Of a stretch of DNA of 64,000 bases, positions 1 to 8,265 are shown in pieces. The DNA is from Candidatus Bipolaricaulota bacterium. GTDB lineage: Bacteria; Patescibacteriota; Patescibacteriia; UBA11705; DATKZF01. Each line of letters starts with the position of its first letter. Within the stretch, counting starts at the first letter, position 1. The notes beneath the pieces are model-generated. The model was given only the letters and a program-made list of their open reading frames with translations. It was not told the DNA's origin and did no database searches. The stretch covers positions 22,699-86,698 of the forward strand of contig DATKZF010000003.1 of NCBI GenBank assembly GCA_035528115.1, written 5' to 3'. Position numbers and translations under genes: made by a program.

Positions 1-261
1 AAAACATTATAACATTATACAAAAATACTGTCAACAGTCACGCTCTCACAAAAAAACGTCATAATTTCCAATAGAATATTCACTTTTTATCCCGACTTTA
101 TACACAGCTCATTTGGCTTAAAACCCTCTTTTTCCCCCACACTTTTTCAACTTGCGAAGCGTGGGTTTTTTAGATAAGATGGAATAGCTTGTATCCTGTA
201 TCATGCCTGCCCGCCGTAGCACGATAGAGCGAAGGCGGGGAGCACGTAACAATGTAACAAT

Positions 262-345
262 ATTTCTCCATCCCCAGTTTCAAATTTCCGGTTTCCGGTT
301 TCAAATATCAATTCCCCAATTTCTAGTTTCTATTTTCCAACCCTA
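262..345 (+). promoter_or_regulatory. conserved upstream module (family E) ahead of dnaB
   Basis: atttctccatccccagtttcaaatttccggtttccggtttc...; preceded at 205-245 by the family G palindrome cctgcccgccgtagc..gagcgaaggcgggg. Confidence 0.5.
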
Positions 346-354
346 ATTTCCCCT

Positions 355-1713
355 ATGGACAATCTAACTAAAATTCCACCTCAAAATCTGGAAGCCGAAC
401 AATTTCTTTTGGGTTCGCTTTTGATCGACAAAGACGCGTTTTTGAAAATCGCGGATATTATAGATCCCGAAGATTTTTATAAAACAGCTCATCGGATAAT
501 TTTCGAGCAAATGAGAAAATTATACAGTCAGCAAGAACCGATTGATTTTCTGACTTTGTCAAACGCGCTGGAAGAAAATAAAATGATTGATAAAATCGGC
601 GGCAAAAGTTATTTGACCCAGCTTTCGAACATTGTGCCAACCTCAAGCCACGCCGCCAATTACGCTGAAATCATCAGAAAAAAAGCCACGCGGCGAAGAC
701 TTTTGGACGCGGCCGGAGAAATAGTGGAAATCGGCTATGATGAAGAAAGAGAAGTGGACAAATTATTGGATCAGGCCGAACAAAAACTTTTTTCCGTTTC
801 GCAAAAACATCTTAAACGAGCTTTCGTGCCAATCAACAGCATTTTAAACGAAGCCTTCGATCGCATCGATGAAATTCACAAAGGCGACGGCAAATTGCGC
901 GGCATTCCCACGGGTTTCGGGGATCTGGATAATCTGCTGGGCGGTTTGCAAAAGTCGGATTTGGTAATCTTGGCGGCCAGGCCATCGGTGGGAAAAACTT
1001 CGCTGGCGCTCGATATCGCCAGGCAAGCCGCGGTCAGATCAAAAACTCCGGTCGGCATATTCAGCCTGGAAATGTCAAAAGAGCAGCTGGTTGACCGCTT
1101 GCTTTGCGCCGAAGCCAATGTCGATTTATGGAAAATGAGAACGGGCAAATTGTCCGACCGCGAAGACAATGACGACTTTCCCAGAATCGGCCATGCCATG
1201 GGCTTATTGTCAGAAGCGCCGATTTACATCGACGACTCGGCCATGTGCAATGTTCTGGATATTCGAACCAAAGCGAGGCGTCTTCAAGCCGAACACGGTC
1301 TGGGTTTAATAGTGCTTGATTATTTGCAATTGATGGAAGCTCGAGCCAATGCCGAAAGCCGAGTGCAAGCCGTGGCCGAAATGACCAGGGCGCTCAAAGG
1401 CATTGCCAGGGAATTAAACATCCCAGTATTGGCCTTGTCGCAGTTGTCCCGCGCCGTGGAAATGAGCAAACCGGCCATTCCGAAATTGGCGCATCTTAGA
1501 GAATCGGGTTCAATCGAACAAGACGCGGACGTGGTCATGTTCATTTACAGAAAAACCGCGGACAGAAATTTTACTCCGGAGCAAATCTCTCCGGATGAAA
1601 AATATATGGCGGAAATCCACGTGGCCAAACACAGAAACGGCCCTACCGGACTGGTCAAGCTGTTTTTTCAAGAACAAACGGCCAGCTTCAAAAATCTGAC
1701 GAGGAATATGTAA
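355..1713 (+). CDS. dnaB: replicative DNA helicase DnaB
   Basis: 452 aa; N-terminal DnaB-N-like region (LEAEQFLLGSLL); Walker A ARPSVGKTSLAL; RecA-like C-terminal domain. Confidence 0.9.
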   Translation: MDNLTKIPPQNLEAEQFLLGSLLIDKDAFLKIADIIDPEDFYKTAHRIIFEQMRKLYSQQEPIDFLTLSNALEENKMIDKIGGKSYLTQLSNIVPTSSHAANYAEIIRKKATRRRLLDAAGEIVEIGYDEEREVDKLLDQAEQKLFSVSQKHLKRAFVPINSILNEAFDRIDEIHKGDGKLRGIPTGFGDLDNLLGGLQKSDLVILAARPSVGKTSLALDIARQAAVRSKTPVGIFSLEMSKEQLVDRLLCAEANVDLWKMRTGKLSDREDNDDFPRIGHAMGLLSEAPIYIDDSAMCNVLDIRTKARRLQAEHGLGLIVLDYLQLMEARANAESRVQAVAEMTRALKGIARELNIPVLALSQLSRAVEMSKPAIPKLAHLRESGSIEQDADVVMFIYRKTADRNFTPEQISPDEKYMAEIHVAKHRNGPTGLVKLFFQEQTASFKNLTRNM

Positions 1714-1829
1714 TCATGTATCATGGAGCGGTGTTACAAATTACAATCCTCTGTTTAGCTTTCAGGTTATTTGTTACGAATTACAAGATTCTCAGGCATA
1801 AGGCTATAGGTGAATGTAATTTGTAACAA
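1714..1829. repeat. MITE-like element family A
   Basis: gtgttacaaattacaatcc...agctttcaggttatttgttacgaattacaag...ggtgaatgtaatttgtaacaaa. Confidence 0.7.
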
Positions 1830-1861
1830 AAACGAATTTCAAATATTTAACGCATTTATGT

Positions 1862-2137
1862 ATGAGTTTTTTCGATCAAATCAAACAAATGAAACAGCTC
1901 CAAGCCCAAATGGCGGAAGAATTCGCCGAAGGCTCGGCCGGGTTTGGAAAAGTAAAAATTAAAATCAACGGCGCGCAGGAAATTTTGGACGTGCAAATCG
2001 ATGAAAGTCTTTTGGAAAACAAAGAAAAGCTTCAAAATCTCATCAAAGAAGCGACAAACGACGCCATTAAAAAAATCCAGCGGCAAATGGCTTTAAAAAT
2101 GAGAGGCCAAATGGGCGGAGGATTTCCGGGGCTTTAA
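1862..2137 (+). CDS. ybaB: nucleoid-associated protein YbaB/EbfC
   Basis: 91 aa; MSFFDQIKQMKQLQAQM start and GGFPGL end are typical of the YbaB family; gene order dnaB-ybaB-recR. Confidence 0.85.
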   Translation: MSFFDQIKQMKQLQAQMAEEFAEGSAGFGKVKIKINGAQEILDVQIDESLLENKEKLQNLIKEATNDAIKKIQRQMALKMRGQMGGGFPGL

Positions 2138-2258
2138 GCTTCCACCAGGCTTTACGTCGGACTTTAGTCCGAGCGCTTCAACCGGGCTTTAGCCCAGGGT
2201 CGTCGGACTTTAGTCCGAGCAAGCTAACCCTATCCAAAAAGCCCGGTAGAAATTTCAT

Positions 2259-2864
2259 ATGGTCATATACCCTTCCGAAATCGAAAACCTCATCGACAAA
2301 TTCAACAAACTTCCCGGCATTGGCAGAAAAACATCGGAGAAGTTTGTTTTTTATTTGCTCAGGGAAAATCCCCTCTTTCTTAATGAATTTTCAGCCAGCA
2401 TTTTAAATTTGAAAAAAAATCTCAACTTTTGCCAAAAATGCGGCAACTTCTCCGGCACAAAAACGATTTGCGAAATCTGCGCTGATGAACGCAGAGACAA
2501 ATCGCTTCTTTGCATTATCGAAGACATTCAAGATCTGGCCGTGATCGAATCGACCGGAGAATACCACGGGCAATATCACGTGCTCGGAGGACAAATCAAT
2601 CCGCTCGAAGGAATTACTCCCGAAAAATTGAATATTCAAAAATTAATCGACCGAGTCAAAGCCGAAAAATTTTCGGAGATAATTTTGGCCTTAAATCCGG
2701 ACATTCAAGGCGAAGCCACTTCCCTATACTTGGTCAAACTCTTCAAACCGCTCAACGTCAAATTCACCAAACTCGCCCGCGGCCTGGCCATGGGCAGCGA
2801 TTTGGAATACACGGATGAGACCACTTTGACCAACGCGCTCAAAGGCAGGCAGGAGGTAAAGTAA
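2259..2864 (+). CDS. recR: recombination protein RecR
   Basis: 201 aa; HhH (KLPGIGRKTSEK), C4 zinc finger (CQKCGNFSGTKTICEIC) and Toprim region; its last ~36 nt are the repeat unit seen three more times downstream. Confidence 0.9.
   Translation: MVIYPSEIENLIDKFNKLPGIGRKTSEKFVFYLLRENPLFLNEFSASILNLKKNLNFCQKCGNFSGTKTICEICADERRDKSLLCIIEDIQDLAVIESTGEYHGQYHVLGGQINPLEGITPEKLNIQKLIDRVKAEKFSEIILALNPDIQGEATSLYLVKLFKPLNVKFTKLARGLAMGSDLEYTDETTLTNALKGRQEVK
2821..2864 (+). repeat. recR 3'-terminal repeat, copy 1 (native terminus encoding ...TNALKGRQEVK*)
   Basis: ccactttgaccaacgcgctcaaaggcaggcaggaggtaaagtaa. Confidence 0.85.
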
Positions 2865-2989
2865 TTGATCATGGAGCATAAATCATGAAACAAAAACGGA
2901 TTAAATTTGCGATAGCGGTAACGAATCTCGAATAACAATCATCTCATTATAATCAACAATTTCATTAACTTTTATTTACTCAAAAAAAT

Positions 2990-4348
2990 ATGCAAAACTT
3001 TGAAAAACCAAAAGCGATAGACGAACAATGGTATGACACTTTTGAAAAACACGCGGCCTTTCAAGCTTATGAATACATGGATGGCGATAAAGAATACCGG
3101 GAAGAACAAAAAAAGAAATTTATAGCAGGCGAAATGGAAAATCCCGAATTGGATTATCCTAAAATCGATGTGAAAAAAATTGAAGAAACGGAACAAATTC
3201 TTCTAAAGCTTCGTAAAGACATTAAAACCCTGGAAGAAAATGAAATAGTCAGCCAGCTTTACAGGTGGCGGCTTAATGAAAAAATTGCCGAGCTTCGAAT
3301 CCTAAAAGCGGCGGCCAATAAAGACATGCATCGCTTTCAAGGATATTCGGAGTTTGTCTATGGCGCGCCTTCACCTGATATATTCGCTTACACTGTGCAA
3401 AACGTTAGGAAAACCGCTGAAAAGGCCGTTGAATCGGATAATGCTGATGTTAAAAAAACCGCTCAGGAATTGCTGTCCGCTCTGCCAGACAAAATGCCTG
3501 AAGTTAAAATTCAAGAATTGCCCGATGAGCCTACCGTGCAACTGGCTAAAGAAATGACGGAAAAAGAGATGAGCGACTTGATCAACATTTCGTACAAAGA
3601 CGGAAATTTTAACGCTGAAGATATCACGGCAATATTCACCCAAGCTTTGGCCGGCCTGCGCGCCGATGGCTGGCAGGTGGCGATTGACAAAAGCAGTAAA
3701 ACGGCCATCAGCGTTGATCAAGAATTAAAAACAATAAAAATTCCAGAGTCGAGAAAAATGCTTTTTAATAAACTCAGGACGCTGATCGCCCACGAAATAG
3801 GCACTCATGTCGCCCGCCGAACGAACGGAGAGCGAAGCCGCTTGAAATTGCTGGGTCTGGGACTGGATCGGTATGAAAAAGGCGAGGAAGGCGTGGCCAC
3901 AATGAGAGAGCAAGCTTTATCAGAAGAGCTGAATGATTTCGCCGGACTGGACGGCCATCTGGCCATCGGATTGGCATGCGGGCTTGACGACCAACCCAGG
4001 GATTTCAGAAAAGTGTATGAAATTTTGGAAAAATATTACCGGCTGAATAATTTGCTGCGAGGCAAAAAAATGGAAGAAGCCGTATCCGCTTCAACGACAA
4101 TTGCTTGGAACCGCGCGATTCGCACGTTCAGAGGCACTGACTGCAAAACTCCGGGCGTCTGCTTCACCAAGGATATAATTTACCGCGAAGGCAACATTGA
4201 AACATGGAATGTCGTAAAAAATAAACCGGAAGAGATGTCGCGCTTTAGCATCGGCAAATATGATCCGGCCAATCCGCGGCACATTTGGATCCTAGATACG
4301 CTGGGAATAACCGATAAGGAATTAAATCAAGCGCAACAGACCTCCTAA
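2990..4348 (+). CDS. hypothetical protein, DUF1704-like with HExxH motif (putative zinc metallopeptidase)
   Basis: 452 aa; HEIGTHVARR motif and a QALSEEL segment reminiscent of DUF1704 QEGLA-motif proteins (from memory); followed directly by recR-terminus repeat copy 2. Confidence 0.4.
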   Translation: MQNFEKPKAIDEQWYDTFEKHAAFQAYEYMDGDKEYREEQKKKFIAGEMENPELDYPKIDVKKIEETEQILLKLRKDIKTLEENEIVSQLYRWRLNEKIAELRILKAAANKDMHRFQGYSEFVYGAPSPDIFAYTVQNVRKTAEKAVESDNADVKKTAQELLSALPDKMPEVKIQELPDEPTVQLAKEMTEKEMSDLINISYKDGNFNAEDITAIFTQALAGLRADGWQVAIDKSSKTAISVDQELKTIKIPESRKMLFNKLRTLIAHEIGTHVARRTNGERSRLKLLGLGLDRYEKGEEGVATMREQALSEELNDFAGLDGHLAIGLACGLDDQPRDFRKVYEILEKYYRLNNLLRGKKMEEAVSASTTIAWNRAIRTFRGTDCKTPGVCFTKDIIYREGNIETWNVVKNKPEEMSRFSIGKYDPANPRHIWILDTLGITDKELNQAQQTS

Positions 4349-4383
4349 CCAACGCGCTCAAAGGGAGGCAGGAGGTGAAATAA
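4348..4383 (+). repeat. recR 3'-terminal repeat, copy 2
   Basis: accaacgcgctcaaagggaggcaggaggtgaaataa; 4 differences from copy 1, all synonymous in the RecR frame; abuts the stop of the 2990 ORF. Confidence 0.85.
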
Positions 4384-4393
4384 TTTTATAAAT

Positions 4394-4807
4394 ATGAACG
4401 AAAAACTAGAAACTTCCGGCGCTTTGGAAAAAATCAGCGCGGAAAAAATGAAAACTATAATTCAGGATGTGATCGACGACAATTTCTCGGTTTTCGACAA
4501 TGAAACCATGGCCGATTACGATGCTGATTTTTCCGGCGAAGAGCCTTGTCTCATAAACATTTGGGCCAAACGAAAAGGCTATGGATTCGGCTATTTGGTT
4601 TTTCATGATTTTCTGCGCCGAGTCGGTCTTCAAAAAACATTTCTTTCGACGGATTTTACGGAAGAAGGTTCAAACCTTTTTCAAAAAGCGATGTCCGACG
4701 GCTTGATAGAAAAAGTTTCCGAGCCGAGCGGTCTGCAAAGATTGACAAGATGGAAGGTCATAAACGACCCGATTCAAAATCTGGGAAAAATAAGCGACCG
4801 AAAATGA
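4394..4807 (+). CDS. hypothetical protein (cassette between recR-terminus repeats 2 and 3)
   Basis: 137 aa ORF with no recognisable motif; ends exactly at repeat copy 3. Confidence 0.5.
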   Translation: MNEKLETSGALEKISAEKMKTIIQDVIDDNFSVFDNETMADYDADFSGEEPCLINIWAKRKGYGFGYLVFHDFLRRVGLQKTFLSTDFTEEGSNLFQKAMSDGLIEKVSEPSGLQRLTRWKVINDPIQNLGKISDRK

Positions 4808-4815
4808 GATTTTTC

Positions 4816-4851
4816 AACCAACGCGCTGAAAGGCAGGCAGGAGGTGAAGTG
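4816..4851 (+). repeat. recR 3'-terminal repeat, copy 3
   Basis: accaacgcgctgaaaggcaggcaggaggtgaagtga; still encodes TNALKGRQEVK*. Confidence 0.85.
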
Positions 4852-4874
4852 AATATTTTATTAATCTATAATTT

Positions 4875-5528
4875 ATGAGTGCAGAAAATTGGGTACACGC
4901 TAGTTACATAGCAATATTTATTGGCGGTGTTATAGCCGCGTCTGGAGGTTTAGGGAGTTATTTTTTCAAAAATGCTTTGGAAAAAGAAGACTTAACAAAA
5001 AATAAGCCTGCGATTGAAATCAAAACTCAAAAGAATGATAACAAAATAAATTTTTATATAAAAAGCTCAAACGATAACGTAACTTCAATAGCGATTGATT
5101 ACCCTATCTGGGGAATCGTTACTAATATAACGGATTTCAATTCAATAACTGATGCCCAAACAAAAAAAATGGACGTCATAGGATCGACTAATGGTTATTC
5201 TCAGAATAACATTGAGATGCTTCTTGAAAAGATAAAACCAAATACTTCACTCGAATTTGAAGTTTCATTTAATAAAAATGGCATGTCTCCAGAAGATTTG
5301 GATTTAACTATTGTCGATTATGACAAATATATGAGCAGATATAAACTCTCATATACTTGGGAGTACAAAGGGAAAAAATACAGCGAAATGGAATGGCATC
5401 TTACAGGGGATGATAATTTAACCATTAAACCTGCAATAGAGTATAGAGATATTTCTATTATAAAAGAAGAGGATTCAATCACTCAAACGAATGTATCACA
5501 AAGAAGGAGTTTCATAAAAGCAGACTAA
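4875..5528 (+). CDS. hypothetical N-terminally membrane-anchored protein (AT-rich cassette)
   Basis: 217 aa; N-terminal hydrophobic helix (YIAIFIGGVIAASGGLGSYFF); about 30% GC unlike flanking host genes; followed by repeat copy 4. Confidence 0.5.
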   Translation: MSAENWVHASYIAIFIGGVIAASGGLGSYFFKNALEKEDLTKNKPAIEIKTQKNDNKINFYIKSSNDNVTSIAIDYPIWGIVTNITDFNSITDAQTKKMDVIGSTNGYSQNNIEMLLEKIKPNTSLEFEVSFNKNGMSPEDLDLTIVDYDKYMSRYKLSYTWEYKGKKYSEMEWHLTGDDNLTIKPAIEYRDISIIKEEDSITQTNVSQRRSFIKAD

Positions 5529-5555
5529 TCAAAAAACTTTAATAGCTACATGAAG

Positions 5556-5599
5556 CAACTTTAACTAATGCGTTTATAAGGAGGTAAGAGGTGAAATAA
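5556..5599 (+). repeat. recR 3'-terminal repeat, copy 4 (diverged, longer upstream match)
   Basis: caactttaactaatgcgtttataaggaggtaagaggtgaaataa aligns to copy 1 including the upstream cactttgac; coding potential lost. Confidence 0.7.
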
Positions 5600-5609
5600 A
5601 TAAGCAATA

Positions 5610-6521
5610 ATGTTTATTATGGCAAAATATTTAATCGTTTTAGGCGCTGGAGCTAGCTATGGCTCTGACAAGCCAGCAAACACACCACCGCTTACCAATA
5701 AATTATTTGACGAATTGTGTAAATCTAATCCAGAAGGCTGGGGTAGTTTAGATGGGAAATACAAAAAATTATTCAGGCAGGATTTTGAACAAGCGATGGA
5801 ACAAGTTGCAAAGGAACAACCACAGAACATGACAATTCTGCAAAGAGCAATGGCATACTATTTTTATAAATTTGAACCGTACTGTTCAAACCTATATTAT
5901 CAATTAGCTAAAAAAATAAAAAAGACAACATGGGATGGGGCTTTTGTATCCTTCAATTATGAAAGACTTTTAGAACTTTCCTTGTCAAGAGTAGGGTTTC
6001 AACCATATATTGGAAATAAGCCAAAAAATTCAAACAACCTGATAGAATTATGCTTACCCCACGGGTACTGCGATATTTTCTGTACCGCTGTAAAGGCAGG
6101 ATCAACAACAATTTTTTCTGGATGCAATGTTGATGGGCCAGTTAAAAAAACAAAAACGGAAGAAGAATTTGAAGGGGAAATTAAAAATAGTGTGCCACCT
6201 GTCATGAGTTATTTCGTGCCATCAAAAGTAACAATGAGTGGCACTTCTTTCATAAATCAACAAAGGAACAGATTTAAAGAACTTACCCAGACATCCTCTG
6301 TAATTGTCATTATTGGCATGCGGATTCGAAAACATGACGAGCATATTTGGGATCCTCTTTCGAGCACATCTGCCAAAATCATATATTGTGCAGGCACAAG
6401 CGCTGGCGAAGAATTTAAAGTATGGGCAGAAAAAAACAGAAAAGGCAAGGAAGATATAATGCTACAATTATACTTTAGAAATAACTTCAAACAAATATGT
6501 TTTCATTTAGGAATTATCTAA
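5610..6521 (+). CDS. SIR2-like domain protein (SIR2_2 family), candidate NADase defense effector
   Basis: 303 aa; N-terminal LIVLGAGASYGS...P...L motif and FNYERLLE motif match SIR2_2 (PF13289-like) signatures; candidate catalytic Asn at about residue 116 and His at about residue 151; AT-rich. Confidence 0.5.
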   Translation: MFIMAKYLIVLGAGASYGSDKPANTPPLTNKLFDELCKSNPEGWGSLDGKYKKLFRQDFEQAMEQVAKEQPQNMTILQRAMAYYFYKFEPYCSNLYYQLAKKIKKTTWDGAFVSFNYERLLELSLSRVGFQPYIGNKPKNSNNLIELCLPHGYCDIFCTAVKAGSTTIFSGCNVDGPVKKTKTEEEFEGEIKNSVPPVMSYFVPSKVTMSGTSFINQQRNRFKELTQTSSVIVIIGMRIRKHDEHIWDPLSSTSAKIIYCAGTSAGEEFKVWAEKNRKGKEDIMLQLYFRNNFKQICFHLGII

Positions 6522-6591
6522 TGTATAAATTTAGAATGTAACTCTCACAGTATGGCAACGCCATTAAGTAATCGTTAAATGATATAAAATT

Positions 6592-7014
6592 GTGAAAATA
6601 ATTACTAAAATGGAAATACTAAATACACTATTACAAAAAATCAAAGAAATGGACGAAAACATTGAATCTTGCATTATAGACAATTCGATTTGTTTCTCTC
6701 GCGAATTACACGATAAACACACAAATCATCCCCTAAACATGACTAGTGCTATTTGCATTGTAGAGAAACATGATGTTAACTTATATTTATTTATCTCTGA
6801 GCAAAAAAACACGAATGGTAGCAATCAAAAATTTAGCATCCACTTAAAAGATGGGGATAACACACTTTTAAAATATTACGACAAAGACACTAAATTCGGA
6901 ATACACATTCATGAATGCCCCAACGGGAAAAAGGAAAGGGCGCACAAGCCTTTTAATGGAGGAATAAATGAAATCGCACAGGATATAATTAAAATAATAA
7001 ATAATATTTTATGA
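6592..7014 (+). CDS. hypothetical protein
   Basis: 140 aa ORF, AT-rich; 4-nt overlap (ATGA) with the next ORF suggests translational coupling. Confidence 0.45.
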   Translation: MKIITKMEILNTLLQKIKEMDENIESCIIDNSICFSRELHDKHTNHPLNMTSAICIVEKHDVNLYLFISEQKNTNGSNQKFSIHLKDGDNTLLKYYDKDTKFGIHIHECPNGKKERAHKPFNGGINEIAQDIIKIINNIL

Positions 7015-7253
7015 AGATCTTAAAAATTATTGGAGTATTCATGATCGGTATTATAATTGGATATTTTATTTTTCACAAAGAAGACTCTAACGCAAACCTT
7101 GAGTACGGCCAAACAGGCGCTCCTAAAAATTGCAAAGCAATTATTTATGAAAATTATTTTGCATATAAAATTTCTGAAAAAATTACAGCAGAAGACGCTC
7201 TCACTTCCATTTATAGGAATTGTGGTGAAAATGGCCCAGCTTGGGAAAATTAA
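7011..7253 (+). CDS. small membrane-anchored hypothetical protein
   Basis: 80 aa; N-terminal TM helix (ILKIIGVFMIGIIIGYFIF). Confidence 0.4.
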   Translation: MKILKIIGVFMIGIIIGYFIFHKEDSNANLEYGQTGAPKNCKAIIYENYFAYKISEKITAEDALTSIYRNCGENGPAWEN

Positions 7254-7260
7254 AAAAACT

Positions 7261-7491
7261 ATGTCCAAATCTTGCACATCTTATAACTTCCCCTTAGGCA
7301 AATACAAACATTTCAAAGGCAATATCTACGAAGTCATCGGCTCGGCCAAACACAGCGAAACATTGGAAGATTTGGTGATTTATCGCTCGGTTGAGAATCC
7401 CGACGAGCTTTGGGTTCGGCCGAAAAAAATGTTTTTTGAAGAAGTGGAAGTAAACGGAGAGAAGATTCCCAGATTCGAATTTATGGAATAA
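7261..7491 (+). CDS. DUF1653 domain protein
   Basis: 76 aa; YKHFKGNIYEVIGSAKHSETLEDLVIYRS...ELWVRP matches the DUF1653 consensus; the longer track ORF 7057..7491 is an upstream read-through. Confidence 0.55.
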   Translation: MSKSCTSYNFPLGKYKHFKGNIYEVIGSAKHSETLEDLVIYRSVENPDELWVRPKKMFFEEVEVNGEKIPRFEFME

Positions 7492-7520
7492 ACGGCTCAG
7501 GCGAGGCCGTTTTTTGTTTT
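7492..7520 (+). terminator. putative rho-independent terminator
   Basis: acggctcaggcgaggccgt hairpin followed by ttttttgtttt. Confidence 0.45.
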
Positions 7521-7534
7521 CCCCAATATAATTC

Positions 7535-7560
7535 GAGTTGACTTGAAAAAATGTTATAAT
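7535..7560 (+). promoter_or_regulatory. extended -10 promoter (TGtTATAAT) for the 7588 gene
   Basis: atgttataat at 7551-7560, about 28 nt upstream of ATG 7588. Confidence 0.35.
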
Positions 7561-7587
7561 ATTTACAAAGATTATTAATTCCAACAT

Positions 7588-7842
7588 TTGGAAATTATTA
7601 TAAAAAATATGACACCTTACATTTTAATTTCAATCATTGTATTGGCAGTTATAGCGGCGCTGGTCTTTTTCCTCAAGGGCAAAAAATCAGGCGCCAAGCT
7701 CACGCCCTTAGCCGGAATTAGTTTCGCTTTCATTTTGGCGGGCATGGTTTTCGGCGAGAGCAGGATTGTTGGGTATAGCTTAATGGGCGCGGGCGTGGCT
7801 TTGGCGATCGTGGACATGATACTTAAATTGAAAAATAAATAA
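7588..7842 (+). CDS. small membrane protein (2 TM)
   Basis: 84 aa; two hydrophobic helices. Confidence 0.45.
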   Translation: MEIIIKNMTPYILISIIVLAVIAALVFFLKGKKSGAKLTPLAGISFAFILAGMVFGESRIVGYSLMGAGVALAIVDMILKLKNK

Positions 7843-7846
7843 TTTT

Positions 7847-7880
7847 AAAACCCCGAACAGCTGTTTAGCTGACGGGGCTT
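7847..7880. terminator. putative bidirectional terminator hairpin
   Basis: aaaaccccgaacagctgtttagctgacggggctt; ccccg/cgggg stem; lies between convergent genes. Confidence 0.35.
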
Positions 7881-7893
7881 GATGGAACATCCG

Positions 7894-8148
7894 TTACTCG
7901 CTAAGCTTGTCCGCGCGCCGGTAGATTTTGATCGTGTCGGTTTGATCATCCGGTTTTCGCACGAATTCCTTTCGCACGATGGCGCGCAGCAAATCGAGAA
8001 CGCAAACAAGTCCCGCGACCGGCATCTCCCATTCTCCGACCAGATGGTCTCCTTGCTCGCTGTCTCTCCAGAGGCTGACTTTTTCAAGACCCACGTAATA
8101 GCGGATCTTGGTCACCAGACGCAGTTTATACAGTTCAAGGTCAATCAT
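7894..8148 (-). CDS. hypothetical protein downstream of rplU; possibly ribosomal-processing cysteine protease Prp-like
   Basis: 84 aa; strong SD (ggaggagga) before ATG; QGDH...GLVCVL weakly resembles the Prp His/Cys dyad region; position after rplU is typical for prp. Confidence 0.3.
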   Translation of the reverse strand: MIDLELYKLRLVTKIRYYVGLEKVSLWRDSEQGDHLVGEWEMPVAGLVCVLDLLRAIVRKEFVRKPDDQTDTIKIYRRADKLSE

Positions 8149-8265
8149 CTCGATCCTCCTCCGTTTCCCGTTTTTGGGAATTTTTTAATGTTAACATCGG
8201 CCGCGCCTATTGTCAATCCGCAACAAAAAACAAGCCCGATCAGGCTTGCTTTTTATTTATTGAAA

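Noticed and set aside
2821-5600. Cassette array as a classical integron
   Set aside because: There is no intI-like integrase, no attI, and the repeats are not attC-like imperfect palindromes. They are direct copies of a coding 3' terminus, so the mechanism is probably different.
7057-7491. 144-aa ORF 7057..7491
   Set aside because: Its N-terminal 68 codons overlap the 7011..7253 gene in another frame. The conserved DUF1653 domain begins at ATG 7261.
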